Assembly (NCBI GenBank): GCA_964016885.1
Contig: OZ024741.1
Location: 247,318,001-247,382,000 of the forward strand
From: Eledone cirrhosa
Taxonomy: Eukaryota
Direction: 5' to 3'
DNA length: 64,000 nucleotides
Shown: positions 1 to 12,900 of the stretch, in pieces
Layout of the letters: every line of letters starts with the position of its first letter
Position numbering within the stretch: position 1 is the stretch's first letter
The notes under the pieces: generated by a model
Databases searched by the model: none
The model's input: the letters and a program-made list of their open reading frames with translations, nothing else
What the model was told of the DNA's origin: nothing
Program-made: the position numbers and the translations under genes

Positions 1-2007
1 TCCTTGGACGGCTGGATATTATCTCCCCTTGGACGGCTGGAAATTATCTCCCCTTGGACGGCTGGAAATTATCTCCCCTTGGATGGCTAGATATTACCTC
101 CCCTTGGACGGCTGGAAATTATCTCCCCTTGATTTTTTTTACAAATTATCTCCCCCTGATTTTTTTTACAAATTATCTCCCCCTGATTTTTTTTTACAAA
201 TTATCTCCCCCTGATTTTTGTTTACAAATTATCTCCGCCTGATTTTTTTAAATATTATCTCTCCTTGGCTGGCGGGAAATTATCTCCCCTTGGACGGCTG
301 GAAATTATCTCCCCTTGGAAGGATGGAAATTATCTCCCCTTGGACGGCTGGAAATTATCTACCCCTGATTTTTTTTACAAATTATCTCCCCCTGATTTTT
401 TTTACAAATTATCTCCCCCTGATTTTTTTTACAAATTATCTACCCCTGATTTTTTTTACAAATAATCTCCCCCTGATTTTTTTTACAAATTATCTCCCCC
501 TGATTTTTTTTTTACAAATTATCTCCCCCTGATTTTTTTACAAATTATCTCCCCCTGATTTTTTTTACAAATTATCTCCGCCTGATTTTTTTAAATATTA
601 TCTTCCCTTGGCTGGCTGGAAATTATCTCCCCTTGGACGGCTAGAAATTACCTCTCCTTGGACGGCTGGAAATTATCTCCCCTTGGACGGCTGGAAATTA
701 TCTCCCCTTGGACGGATAGATATTACCTCCCCTTGGACGGCTGGAAATTATCTCCCCTTGATTTTTTTACAAATTATCTCCCCCTGATTTATTTTACAAA
801 TCTCCCAATGATTTTTAAAAAAAAATTATCTCCCCTTCGCTGGCTGGAAATTATCTCCCCTTGGACGCTGGAAATTATCTCCCCTTGGACGGCTGAAAAT
901 TATCTCCCCTTGGACGGCTGGAAATTATCTCCCCTTGATTTTTTTTACAAATTATCTCCCCCTGATTTTTTTTTACAAATTATCTCCGCCTGATTTTTTT
1001 TACAAATTATCTCCCCCTGATTTTTTTTTACAAATTATCTCCCCCTGATTTTTTTACAAATTATCTCCCCCTGATTTTTTTTACAAATTATCTCCGCCTG
1101 ATTTTTTAAAATATTATCTTCCCTTGGCTGGCGGGAAATTATCTCCCCTTGGACGGCTGGAAATTATCTGCCCTTGATTTTCTTTTTACAAATTATCTTC
1201 CACTGATTTTTTTTACAAATTATCTCCACCTGATTTTTTAAAAAATTATCTCCCCTTGGACGGCTGGAAATTATCTCCCCTTGGACGGCTGGAAATTATC
1301 TCCCCTTGGACGGCTGGAAATTATCTCTCCTTGGACGGCTAGAATTTACCTCTCCTTGGACGGCTGAAAATTATCTCCCCTTGGACGGCTGGAAATTATC
1401 TCCCCTTGATTTTTTTTACAAATTATCTCCCCCTGATTTTTTTTTACAAATTATCTCCCCCTGATTTTTTTTTACAAATTATCACCCCCTGATTTTTTTT
1501 TACAAATTATCTCCCCCTGATTTTTTTTACAAATTATCTCCCCTTGGCTGGCTGGAAATTATCTCCCCTTGGAGGCTGGAACTTATCTCCCCTTGGACGG
1601 CTAGAAATTACCTCTCCTTGGACGGCTGGAAAATATGTCTCCTTGGACGGCTGGATATTATCTCCCCTTGGACGGCTGGAAATTATCTCCCCTTGGACGG
1701 CTGGAAATTATCTCCCCTTGGATGGCTAGATATTACCTCCCCTTGGACGGCTGGAAATTATCTCCCCTTGATTTTTTTACAAATTATCTCCCCCTGATTT
1801 TTTTTTACAAATTATCTCCCCCTGATTTTTTTTTACAAATTATCTCCCCCTGATTTTTGTTTACAAATTATCTCCGCCTGATTTTTTTTTTAAAATTATC
1901 TCCCCTTGGACGGCTGGAAATTATCTCCCCTTGGACGGCTAGAAATTACCTCTCCTTGGACGGCTGAAAATTATCTCCCCTTGGACGGCTGGAAATTATC
2001 TCCCCTT

Positions 2008-2300
2008 GATTTTTTTACAAATTATCTCCCCCTGATTTTTTTTTTACAAATTATCTCCCCCTGATTTTTTTTTACAAATTATCTACCCCTGATTTTTTTT
2101 TACAAATTATCTCCCCCTGATTTTTTTTTACAAATTATCTACCCCTGATTTTTTTTACAAATTATCTCCCCCTGATTTTTTTTACAAATTATCTCCCCCT
2201 GATTTTTTTTTTACAAATTATCTCCCCCTGATTTTTTTACAAATTATCTCCCCTTGATTTTTTTTTACAACTTATCTGCGCCTGATTTTTTTTTAAAAAT
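2008..2300 (+). repeat. Representative type-B block; consensus GATTTTTTTTACAAATTATCTCCCCCT, 27 bp with T7-T10 length variants, 8/27 GC
   Basis: Read directly: ~10 consecutive B monomers differing mainly in poly-T length and an occasional TCTACCCCT core. Confidence 0.95.
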
Positions 2301-5300
2301 TATCTCCCCTTGGACGGCTGGAAATTATCTCCCCTTGGACGGCTGGAAATTATCTCTCCTTGGACGGCTAGAATTTACCTCTCCTTGGACGGCTGAAAAT
2401 TATCTCCCCTTGGACGGCTGGGAATTATCTCCCCTTGATTTTTTTTACAAATTATCTCCCCCTGATTTTTTTTTACAAATTATCTCCCCCTGATTTTTTT
2501 TTACAAATTATCTCCCCCTGATTTTTTTTACAAATTATCTCCCCCTGATTTTTTTACAAATTATCTCCCCTTGGCTGGCTGGAAATTATCTCCCCTTGGA
2601 GCCTGGAACTTATGTCCCCTTGGACGGCTAGAAATTACCTCTCCTTGGACGGCTGGAAAATATGTCTCCTTGGACGGCTGGATATTATCTCCCCTTGGAC
2701 GGCTGGAAATTATCTCCCCTTGGACGGCTGGAAATTATCTCCCCTTGGATGGCTAGATATTACCTCCCCTTGGACGGCTGGAAATTATCTCCCCTTGATT
2801 TTTTTTACAAATTATCTCCCCCTGATTTTTTTTTACAAATTATCTCCCCCTGATTTTTTTTTACAAATTATCTCCCCCTGATTTTTGATTACAAATTATC
2901 TCCGCCTATTTTTTTTTAAAAATTATCTCCCCTTGGACGGCTGGAAATTATCTCCCCTTGGACGGCTAGAAATTACCTCTCCTTGGACGGCTGAAAATTA
3001 TCTCCCCTTGGACGGCTGGAAATTATCTCCCCTTGATTTTTTTACAAATTATCTCCCCCTGATTTTTTTTTTACAAATTATCTCCCCCTGATTTTTTTTT
3101 TACAAATTATCTCCCCCTGATTTTTTTACAAATTATCTCCCCCTAATTTTTTTTACAAATTATCTCCGCCTGATTTTTTTAAATATTATCTCTCCTTGGC
3201 TGGCGGGAAATTATCTCACCTTGGACGGCTGGAAATTATCTCCCCTTGGAAGAATGGAAATTATCTCCCCTTGGACGGCTGGAAATTATCTACCCCTGAT
3301 TTTTTTTACAAATTATCTCCCCCTGATTTTTTTTACAAATTATCTCCCCCTGATTTTTTTTTACAAATTATCTACCCCTGATTTTTTTTACAAATTATCT
3401 CCCCCTGATTTTTTTTACAAATTATCTCCCCCTGATTTTTTTTTACAAATTATCTACCCCTGATTTTTTTTACAAATTATCTCCCCCTGATTTTTTTTTA
3501 CAAATTATCTCCCCCTGATTTTTTTACAAATTATCTCCCCCTGATTTTTTTTACAATCTCCGCCTGATTTTTTTAAAAATTATCTTCTCTTGGCTGGCTG
3601 GAAATTATCTCCCCTTGGACACTGGAAATTATAGCCACTTGGAGGGCTGGAAATTATCTTCCCTTGGACGGCTGGAAATTATCTCCCCTTGATTTTTTTT
3701 ACAAATTATCTCCGCCTGATTTTTTTTTACAAATTATCTCCCCCTGATTTTTTTTTACAAATTATCTACCCCTGATTTTTTTTTACAAATTATCTCCCCC
3801 TGATTTTTTTTACAAATTATCTCCCCCTGATTTCTCTTTTACAAATTATCTCCCCCTGATTTTTTTACAAATTATCTCCCCCTGATTTTTTTTACAAATT
3901 ATCTCCGCCTGATTTTTTTAAATATTATCTTCCCTTGGCTGGCGGGAAATTATCTCCCCTTGGACGGCTGGAAATTATCTACCCTTGATTTTCTTTTTAC
4001 AAATTATCTTCCACTGATTTTTTTTACAAATTATCTCCACCTGATTTTTTAAAAAATTATCTCCCCTTGGAAGGCTGGAAATTATCTCCCCTTGGCTGGA
4101 AATTATCTCCCCTTGGACGGCTAGAAATTATCTCTCTTTGGACGGCTGGAAATTATCACCCCTTGAGTTTTTTACAAATTATCTCCCCCTGATTTTTTTA
4201 CAAATTATCTCCCCCTGATTTTTTTTACAAATTATCTCCGCCTGATTTTTTTAAATATTATCTTCCCTTGGCTGGCGGGAAATTATCTCCCCTTGGACGG
4301 CTGAAAATTATCTCCCCTTGGACGGCTGGAAATTATCTCCCCTTGATTTTTTTTACAAATTATCTCCCCCTGATTTTTTTTTACAAATTATCTCCCCCTG
4401 ATTTTTTTACAAATTATCTCCCCCTGATTTTTTTTTACAAATTATCTCCCCCTGATTTTTTTTACAAATTATCTCCCTCTGATTTTTTTACAAATTATCT
4501 CCCCTTGGCTGGCTGGAAATTATCTCCCCTTGGACGGCTAGAAATTACCTCTCCTTGGACGGCTGGAAAATATGTCTCCTTGGACGGCTGGATATTATCT
4601 CCCCTTGGACGGCTGGAAATTATCTCCCCTTGGACGGCTGGAAATTATCTCCCCTTGGACGGATATATATTACCTCCCCTTGGACGGCTGGAAATTATCT
4701 CCCCTTGATTTTTTTACAAATTATCTCCCCCTGATTTATTTTACAAATCTCCCAATGATTTTAAAAAAAAAATTATCTCCCCTTCGCTGGCTGGAAATTA
4801 TCTCCCCTTGGACGCTGGAAATTATAGCCCCTTGGAGGGCTGGAAATTATCTTCCCTTGGACGGCTGGAAATTATCTCCCCTTGATTTTTTTTACAAATT
4901 ATCTCCCCCTGATTTTTTTTACAAATTATCTCCCCCTGATTTTTTTTACAAATTATCTACCCCTGATTTTTTTTACAAATTATCTCCCCCTGATTTTTTT
5001 TTACAAATTATCTCCCCCTGATTTTTTTTTACAAATTATCTCCCCCTGATTTTTTTACAAATTATCTCCCCCTGATTTTTTTTACAATCTCCGCCTGATT
5101 TTTTTAAAAATTATCTTCTCTTGGCTGGCTGGAAATTATCTCCCCTTGGACACTGGAAATTATAGCCACTTGGAGGGCTGGAAATTATCTTCCCTTGGAC
5201 GGCTGGAAATTATCACCCCTTGATTTTTTTTACAAATTATCTCCGCCTGATTTTTTTTTACAAATTATCTCCCCCTGATTTTTTTTTACAAATTATCTAA

Positions 5301-6699
5301 CCCTGATTTTTTTTTACAAATTATCTCCCCCTGATTTTTTTTACAAATTATCTCCCCCTGATTTCTCTTTTACAAATTATCTCCCCCTGATTTTTTTACA
5401 AATTATCTCCCCCTGATTTTTTTTACAAATTATCTCCGCCTGATTTTTTTAAATATTATCTTCCCTTGGCTGGCGGGAAATTATCTCCCCTTGGACGGCT
5501 GGAAATTATCTACCCTTGATTTTCTTTTTACAAATTATCTTCCACTGATTTTTTTTACAAATTATCTCCACCTGATTTTTTAAAAAATTATCTCCCCTTG
5601 GAAGGCTGGAAATTATCTCCCCTTGGCTGGAAATTATCTCCCCTTGGACGGCTAGAAATTATCTCTCTTTGGACGGCTGGAAATTATCACCCCTTGAGCT
5701 TTTTACAAATTATCTCCCCCTGATTTTTTTTACAAATCTCCCTGTGATTTTTTAAAAAAAATTATCTCCCCTTCGCTGGCTGGAAATTATCTCCCCTTGG
5801 ACGCTGGAAATTATAGCCCCTTGGAGGGCTGGAAATTATCTTCCCTTGGACGGCTGGAAATTATCTCCCCTTGATTTTTTTTACAAATTATCTCCCCCTG
5901 ATTTTTTTTTACAAATTATCTCCCCCTGATTTTTTTTACAACTTATCTGCGCCTGATTTTTTTTTTAAAATTATCTCCCCTTGGACGGCTGGAAATTATC
6001 TCCCCTTGGACGGCTGGAAATTATCTCTCCTTGGACGGCTAGAATTTACCTCTCCTTGGACGGCTGAAAATTATCTCCCCTTGGACGGCTGGAAATTATC
6101 TCCCCTTGATTTTTTTTACAAATTATCTCCCCCTGATTTTTTTTTACAAATTATCTCCCCCTGATTTTTTTTTACAAATTATCTCCCCCTGATTTTTTTT
6201 TACAAATTATCTACCCCTGATTTTTTTTTACAAATTATCTCCCCTTGGCTGGCTGGAAATTATCTCCCCTTGGAGGCTGGAACTTATCTCCCCTTGGACG
6301 GCTAGAAATTACCTCTCCTTGGACGGCTGGAAAATATGTCTCCTTGGACGGCTGGATATTATCTCCCCTTGGACGGCTGGAAATTATCTCCCCTTGGACG
6401 GCTGAAAATTATCTCCCCTTGATTTTTTTTACAAATTATCTCCCCCTGATTTTTTTTTACAAATTATCTCCCCCTGATTTTTGTTTACAAATTATCTCCG
6501 CCTGATTTTTTAAAAAAATTATCTCCCCTTGGACGGCTGGAAATTATCTCCCCTTGGACGGATAGAAATTACCTCTCCTTGGACGGCTGGAAATTATCTC
6601 CCCTTGATTTTTTTACAAATTATCTCCCCCTGATTTTTTTTTTACAAATTATCTCCCCCTGATTTTTTTTTACAAATTATCTACCCCTGATTTTTTTTT

Positions 6700-9600
6700 A
6701 CAAATTATCTCCCCCTGATTTTTTTTACAAATTATCTCCCCCTGATTTTTTTTTACAAATTATCTCCCCCTGATTTTTTTACAAATTATCTCCCCCTGAT
6801 TTTTTTTACAAATTATCTCCGCCTGATTTTTTTAAATATTATCTCTCCTTGGCTGGCGGGAAATTATCTCCCCTTGGACGGCTGGAAATTATCTCCCCTT
6901 GGAAGGATGGAAATTATCTCCCCTTGGACGGCTGGAAATTATCTACCCCTGATTTTTTTTACAAATTATCTCCCCCTGATTTTTTTTACAAATTATCTCC
7001 CCCTGATTTTTTTTACAAATTATCTACCCCTGATTTTTTTTACAAATTATCTCCCCCTGATTTTTTTTACAAATTATCTCCCCCTGATTTTTTTTTTACA
7101 AATTATCTCACCCTGATTTTTTTACAAATTATCTCCCCCTGATTTTTTTTACAAATTATCTCCGCCTGATTTTTTTAAATATTATCTTCCCTTGGCTGGC
7201 GGGAAATTATCTCCCCTTGAAGGGCTGAAAATTATCTCCCCTTGGACGGCTGGAAATTATCTCCCCTTGATTTTTTTTACAAATTATCTCCCCCTGATTT
7301 TTTTTTACAAATTATCTCCCCCTGATTTTTTTTACAAATTATCTCCCCCTGATTTTTTTTTACAAATTATCTGCCGCTGATTTTTTTTACAAATTATCTC
7401 CCCCTGATTTTTTTACAAATTATCTCCCCTTGGCTGGCTGGAAATTACCTCCCCTTGGAGGCTGGAATTTATCTCCCCTTGGACGGCTAGAAATTACCTC
7501 TCCTTGGACGGCTGGAAAATATGTCTCCTTGGAAGGCTGGATATTATCTCCCCTTGGACGGCTGGAAATTATCTCCCCTTGGACGGCTGGAAATTATCTC
7601 CCCTTGGACGGATAGATATTACCTCCCCTTGGACGGCTGGAAATTATCTCCCCTTGGACGGCTGGAAATTATCTCCCCATGGACGGCTGGAAATTATCTC
7701 CCCTTGGACGGCTAGAAATTATCTCTCCTTGGACGGCTGAAAATTATCTCCCCTTGGACGGCTGGAAATTATCTCCCGTTGGACGGCTGGAAATTATCTC
7801 GCCTTGGACGGCTAGAATTTACCTCTCCTTGGACGGCTGAAAATTATCTCCCCTTGGACGGCTGGAAATTATCTCCCCTTGATTTTTTTTACAAATTATC
7901 TCCCCCTGATTTTTTTTTACAAATTATCTCCCCCTGATTTTTTTTTACAAATTATCTCCCCCTGATTTTTTTTTACAAATTATCTCCCCCTGATTTTTTT
8001 TACAAATTATCTCCCCCCTGATTTTTTAACAAATTATCTCCCCTTGGCTGGCTGGAAATTATCTCCCCTTGGAGGCTGGAACTTATCTCCCCTTGGACGG
8101 CTAGAAATTACCTCTCCTTGGACGGCTGGAAAATATGTCTCCTTGGACGGCTGGATATTATCTCCCCTTGGACGGCTGGAAATTATCTCCCCTTGGACGG
8201 CTGGAAATTATCTCCCCTTGGATGGCTAGATATTACCTCCCCTTGGACGGCTGGAAATTATCTCCCTTTGATTTTTTTTACAAATTATCTCCCCCTGATT
8301 TTTTTTTACAAATTATCTCCCCCTGATTTTTTTTACAAATTATCTACCCCTGATTTTTTTTTACAAATTATCTCCCCCTGATTTTTTTACAAATTATCTC
8401 CCCCTGATTTTTTTTTACAAATTATCTCCCCCTGATTTTTTTACAAATTATCTCCCCCTGATTTTTTTTACAAATTATCTCCGCCTGATTTTTTTAAATA
8501 TTATCTCTCCTTGGCTGGCGGGAAATTATCTCCCCTTGGACGGCTGGAAATTATCTCCCCTTGGAAGGATGGAAATTATCTCCCCTTGGACGGCTGGAAA
8601 TTATCTACCCCTGATTTTTTTTACAAATTATCTCCCCCTGATTTTTTTTACAAATTATCTCCCCCTGATTTTTTTTACAAATTATCTACCCCTGATTTTT
8701 TTTACAAATTATCTCCCCCTGATTTTTTTTACAAATTATCTCCCCCTGATTTTTTTTTTACAAATTATCTCACCCTGATTTTTTTACAAATTATCTCCCC
8801 CTGATTTTTTTTACAAATTATCTCCGCCTGATTTTTTTAAATATTATCTTCCCTTGGCTGGCGAGAAATTATCTCCCCTTGAAGGGCTGAAAATTATCTC
8901 CCCTTGGACGGCTGGAAATTATCTCCCCTTGAATTTTTTTAAAAATTATCTCCCCCTGATTTTTTTTTACAAATTATCTCCCCCTGATTTTTTTTACAAA
9001 TTATCTCCCCCTGATTTTTTTTTACAAATTATCTGCCGCTGATTTTTTTTACAAATTATCTCCCCCTGATTTTTTTACAAATTATCTCCCCTTGGCTGGC
9101 TGGAAATTACCTCCCCTTGGAGGCTGGAATTTATCTCCCCTTGGACGGCTAGAAATTACCTCTCCTTGGACGGCTGGAAAATATGTCTCCTTGGACGGCT
9201 GGATATTATCTCCCCTTGGACGGCTGGAAATTATCTCCCCTTGGACGGCTGGAAATTATCTCCCCTTGGACGGATAGATATTACCTCCCCTTGGACGGCT
9301 GGAAATTATCTCCCCTTGGACGGCTGGAAATTATCTCCCCATGGACGGCTGGAAATTATCTCCCCTTGGACGGCTAGAAATTATCTCTCCTTGGACGGCT
9401 GAAAATTATCTCCCCTTGGACGGCTGGAAATTATCTCCCGTTGGACGGCTGGAAATTATCTCGCCTTGGACGGCTAGAATTTACCTCTCCTTGGACGGCT
9501 GAAAATTATCTCCCCTTGGACGGCTGGAAATTATCTCCCCTTGATTTTTTTTACAAATTATCTCCCCCTGATTTTTTTTTACAAATTATCTCCCCCTGAT

Positions 9601-9980
9601 TTTTTTTTAGAAATTATCTCCCCCTGATTTTTTTTTACAAATTATCTCCCCCTGATTTTTTTTACAAATTATCTCCCCCCTGATTTTTTAACAAATTATC
9701 TCCCCTTGGCTGGCTGGAAATTATCTCCCCTTGGAGGCTGGAACTTATCTCCCCTTGGACGGCTAGAAATTACCTCTCCTTGGACGGCTGGAAAATATGT
9801 CTCCTTGGACGGCTGGATATTATCTCCCCTTGGACGGCTGGAAATTATCTCCCCTTGGACGGCTGGAAATTATCTCCCCTTGGATGGCTAGATATTACCT
9901 CCCCTTGGACGGCTGGAAATTATCTCCCTTTGATTTTTTTTACAAATTATCTCCCCCTGATTTTTTTTTACAAATTATCT
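6700..9980. repeat. Higher-order tandem duplication, period 1,662 bp (2 copies, approximate ends)
   Basis: Matching ORF-track landmarks at a constant offset of 1,662: 6849/8511, 7192/8854, 7430/9092, 8044/9706. Shared rare variants CTGCCGCTGA, TTGAAGGGCTG and TCTCACCCTG. Confidence 0.9.
7430..7880 (+). repeat. Representative long type-A block (~18 monomers); consensus GGACGGCTGGAAATTATCTCCCCTT, 25 bp, 13/25 GC
   Basis: Read directly. It carries an ordered set of variant monomers (GGAGGCTGG, CTAGAAATTACCTCTCC, AAAATATGTCTCC, GGATATT, GATAGATATTACC, CCCCATGG, CCCGTTGG, TCGCCTTGG). The same set recurs at 9092, 12110, 26310, 27974, 29638, 43875, 45539 and 60412. Confidence 0.95.
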
Positions 9981-12900
9981 CCCCCTGATTTTTGTTTACA
10001 AATTATCTCCGCCTGATTTTTTTTTAAAAATTATCTCCCCTTGGACGGCTGGAAATTATCTCCCCTTGGACGGCTAGAAATTACCTCTCCTTGGACGGCT
10101 GAAAATTATCTCCCCTTGGACGGCTGGAAATTATCTCCCCTTGATTTTTTTACAAATTATCTCCCCCTGATTTTTTTTTTACAAATTATCTCCCCCTGAT
10201 TTTTTTTTACAAATTATCTACCCCTGATTTTTTTTTACAAATTATCTCCCCCTGATTTTTTTTACAAATTATCTCCCCCTGATTTTTTTTTACAAATTAT
10301 CTCCCCCTGATTTTTTTACAAATTATCTCCCCCTGATTTTTTTTACAAATTATCTCCGCCTGATTTTTTTAAATATTATCTCTCCTTGGCTGGCGGGAAA
10401 TTATCTCCCCTTGGACGGCTGGAAATTATCTCCCCTTGGAAGGATGGAAATTATCTCCCCTTGGACGGCTAGAAATTATCTCTCTTTGGACGGCTGGAAA
10501 TTATCACCCCTTGAGTTTTTTACAAATTATCTCCCCCTGATTTTTTTTACAAATCTCCCAGTGATTTTTAAAAAAAAATTATCTCCCCTTCGCTGGCTGG
10601 AAATTATCTCCCCTTGGACGCTGGAAATTATAGCCCCTTGGAGGGCTTGAAATTATCTTCCCTTGGACGGCTGGAAATTATCTCCCCTTGATTTTTTTTA
10701 CAAATTATCTCCCCCTGATTTTTTTTTACAAATTATCTCCCCCTGATTTTTTTTTACAACTTATCTGCGCCTGATTTTTTTAAAAAAATTATCTCCCCTT
10801 GGACGGCTGGAAATTATCTCCCCTTGGACGGCTGGAAATTATCTCTCCTTGGACGGCTAGAATTTACCTCTCCTTGGACGGCTGAAAATTATCTCCCCTT
10901 GGACGGCTGGAAATTATCTCCCCTTGATTTTTTTTACAAATTATCTCCCCCGGATTTTTTTTTACGAATTATCTCCCCCTGATTTTTTTTTACAAATTAT
11001 CTCCCCCTGATTTTTTTTTACAAATTATCTCCCCCTGATTTTTTTACAAATTATCTCCCCTTGGCTGGCTGGAAATTATCTCCCCTAGGAGGCTGGAACT
11101 TATCTCCCCTTGGACGGCTAGAAATTACCTCTCTTTGGACGGCTGGAAAATATGTCTCCTTGGACGGCTGGATATTATCTCCCCTTGGACGGCTGGAAAT
11201 TATCTCCCCTTGGACGGCTGGAAATTATCTCCCCTTGGATGGCTAGATATTACCTCCCCTTGGACGGCTGGAAATTATCTCCCTTTGATTTTTTTTACAA
11301 ATTATCTCCCCCTGATTTTTTTTTACAAATTATCTCCCCCTGATTTTTTTTACAAATTATCTACCCCTGATTTTTTTTTACAAATTATCTCCCCCTGATT
11401 TTTTTTACAAATTATCTCCCCCTGATTTTTTTTTACAAATTATCTCCCCCTGATTTTTTTACAAATTATCTCCCCCTGATTTTTTTTACAAATTATCTCC
11501 GCCTGATTTTTTTAAATATTATCTCTCCTTGGCTGGCGGGAAATTATCTCCCCTTGGACGGCTGGAAATTATCTCCCCTTGGAAGGATGGAAATTATCTC
11601 CCCTTGGACGGCTGGAAATTATCTACCCCTGATTTTTTTTACAAATTATCTCCCCCTGATTTTTTTTACAAATTATCTCCCCCTGATTTTTTTTACAAAT
11701 TATCTACCCCTGATTTTTCTTACAAATTATCTCCCCCTGATTTTTTTTACAAATTATCTCCCCCTGATTTTTTTTTTACAAATTATCTCACCCTGATTTT
11801 TTTACAAATTATCTCCCCCTGATTTTTTTTACAAATTATCTCCGCCTGATTTTTTTAAATATTATCTTCCCTTGGCTGGCGAGAAATTATCTCCCCTTGA
11901 AGGGCTGAAAATTATCTCCCCTTGGACGGCTGGAAATTATCTCCCCTTGAATTTTTTTAAAAATTATCTCCCCCTGATTTTTTTTTACAAATTATCTCCC
12001 CCTGATTTTTTTTACAAATTATCTCCCCCTGATTTTTTTTTACAAATTATCTGCCGCTGATTTTTTTTACAAATTATCTCCCCCTGATTTTTTTACAAAT
12101 TATCTCCCCTTGGCTGGCTGGAAATTACCTCCCCTTGGAGGCTGGAATTTATCTCCCCTTGGACGGCTAGAAATTACCTCTCCTTGGACGGCTGGAAAAT
12201 ATGTCTCCTTGGACGGCTGGATATTATCTCCCCTTGGACGGCTGGAAATTATCTCCCCTTGGACGGCTGGAAATTATCTCCCCTTGGACGGATAGATATT
12301 ACCTCCCCTTGGACGGCTGGAAATTATCTCCCCTTGGACGGCTGGAAATTATCTCCCCATGGACGGCTGGAAATTATCTCCCCTTGGACGGCTAGAAATT
12401 ATCTCTCCTTGGACGGCTGAAAATTATCTCCCCTTGGACGGCTGGAAATTATCTCCCGTTGGACGGCTGGAAATTATCTCGCCTTGGACGGCTAGAATTT
12501 ACCTCTCCTTGGACGGCTGAAAATTATCTCCCCTTGGACGGCTGGAAATTATCTCCCCTTGATTTTTTTTACAAATTATCTCCCCCTGATTTTTTTTTAC
12601 AAATTATCTCCCCCTGATTTTTTTTTAGAAATTATCTCCCCCTGATTTTTTTTTACAAATTATCTCCCCCTGATTTTTTTTACAAATTATCTCCCCCCTG
12701 ATTTTTTAACAAATTATCTCCCCTTGGCTGGCTGGAAATTATCTCCCCTTGGAGGCTGGAACTTATCTCCCCTTGGACGGCTAGAAATTACCTCTCCTTG
12801 GACGGCTGGAAAATATGTCTCCTTGGACGGCTGGATATTATCTCCCCTTGGACGGCTGGAAATTATCTCCCCTTGGACGGCTGGAAATTATCTCCCCTTG

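Noticed and set aside
130-250. Poly-T tracts as intrinsic or Pol III terminators
   Set aside because: There is no upstream GC hairpin or transcription unit; the tracts are simply the B spacer.
267-280. Chi-like octamer GCTGGCGG in border monomers (Chi is GCTGGTGG)
   Set aside because: One mismatch, easily derived from the GGCTGG spacer. RecBCD Chi has no evident relevance to a probable eukaryotic satellite.
272-292. NF-kB-like site GGGAAATTATCTCCCC
   Set aside because: It does not match the GGGRNNYYCC spacing; only a half-site resemblance.
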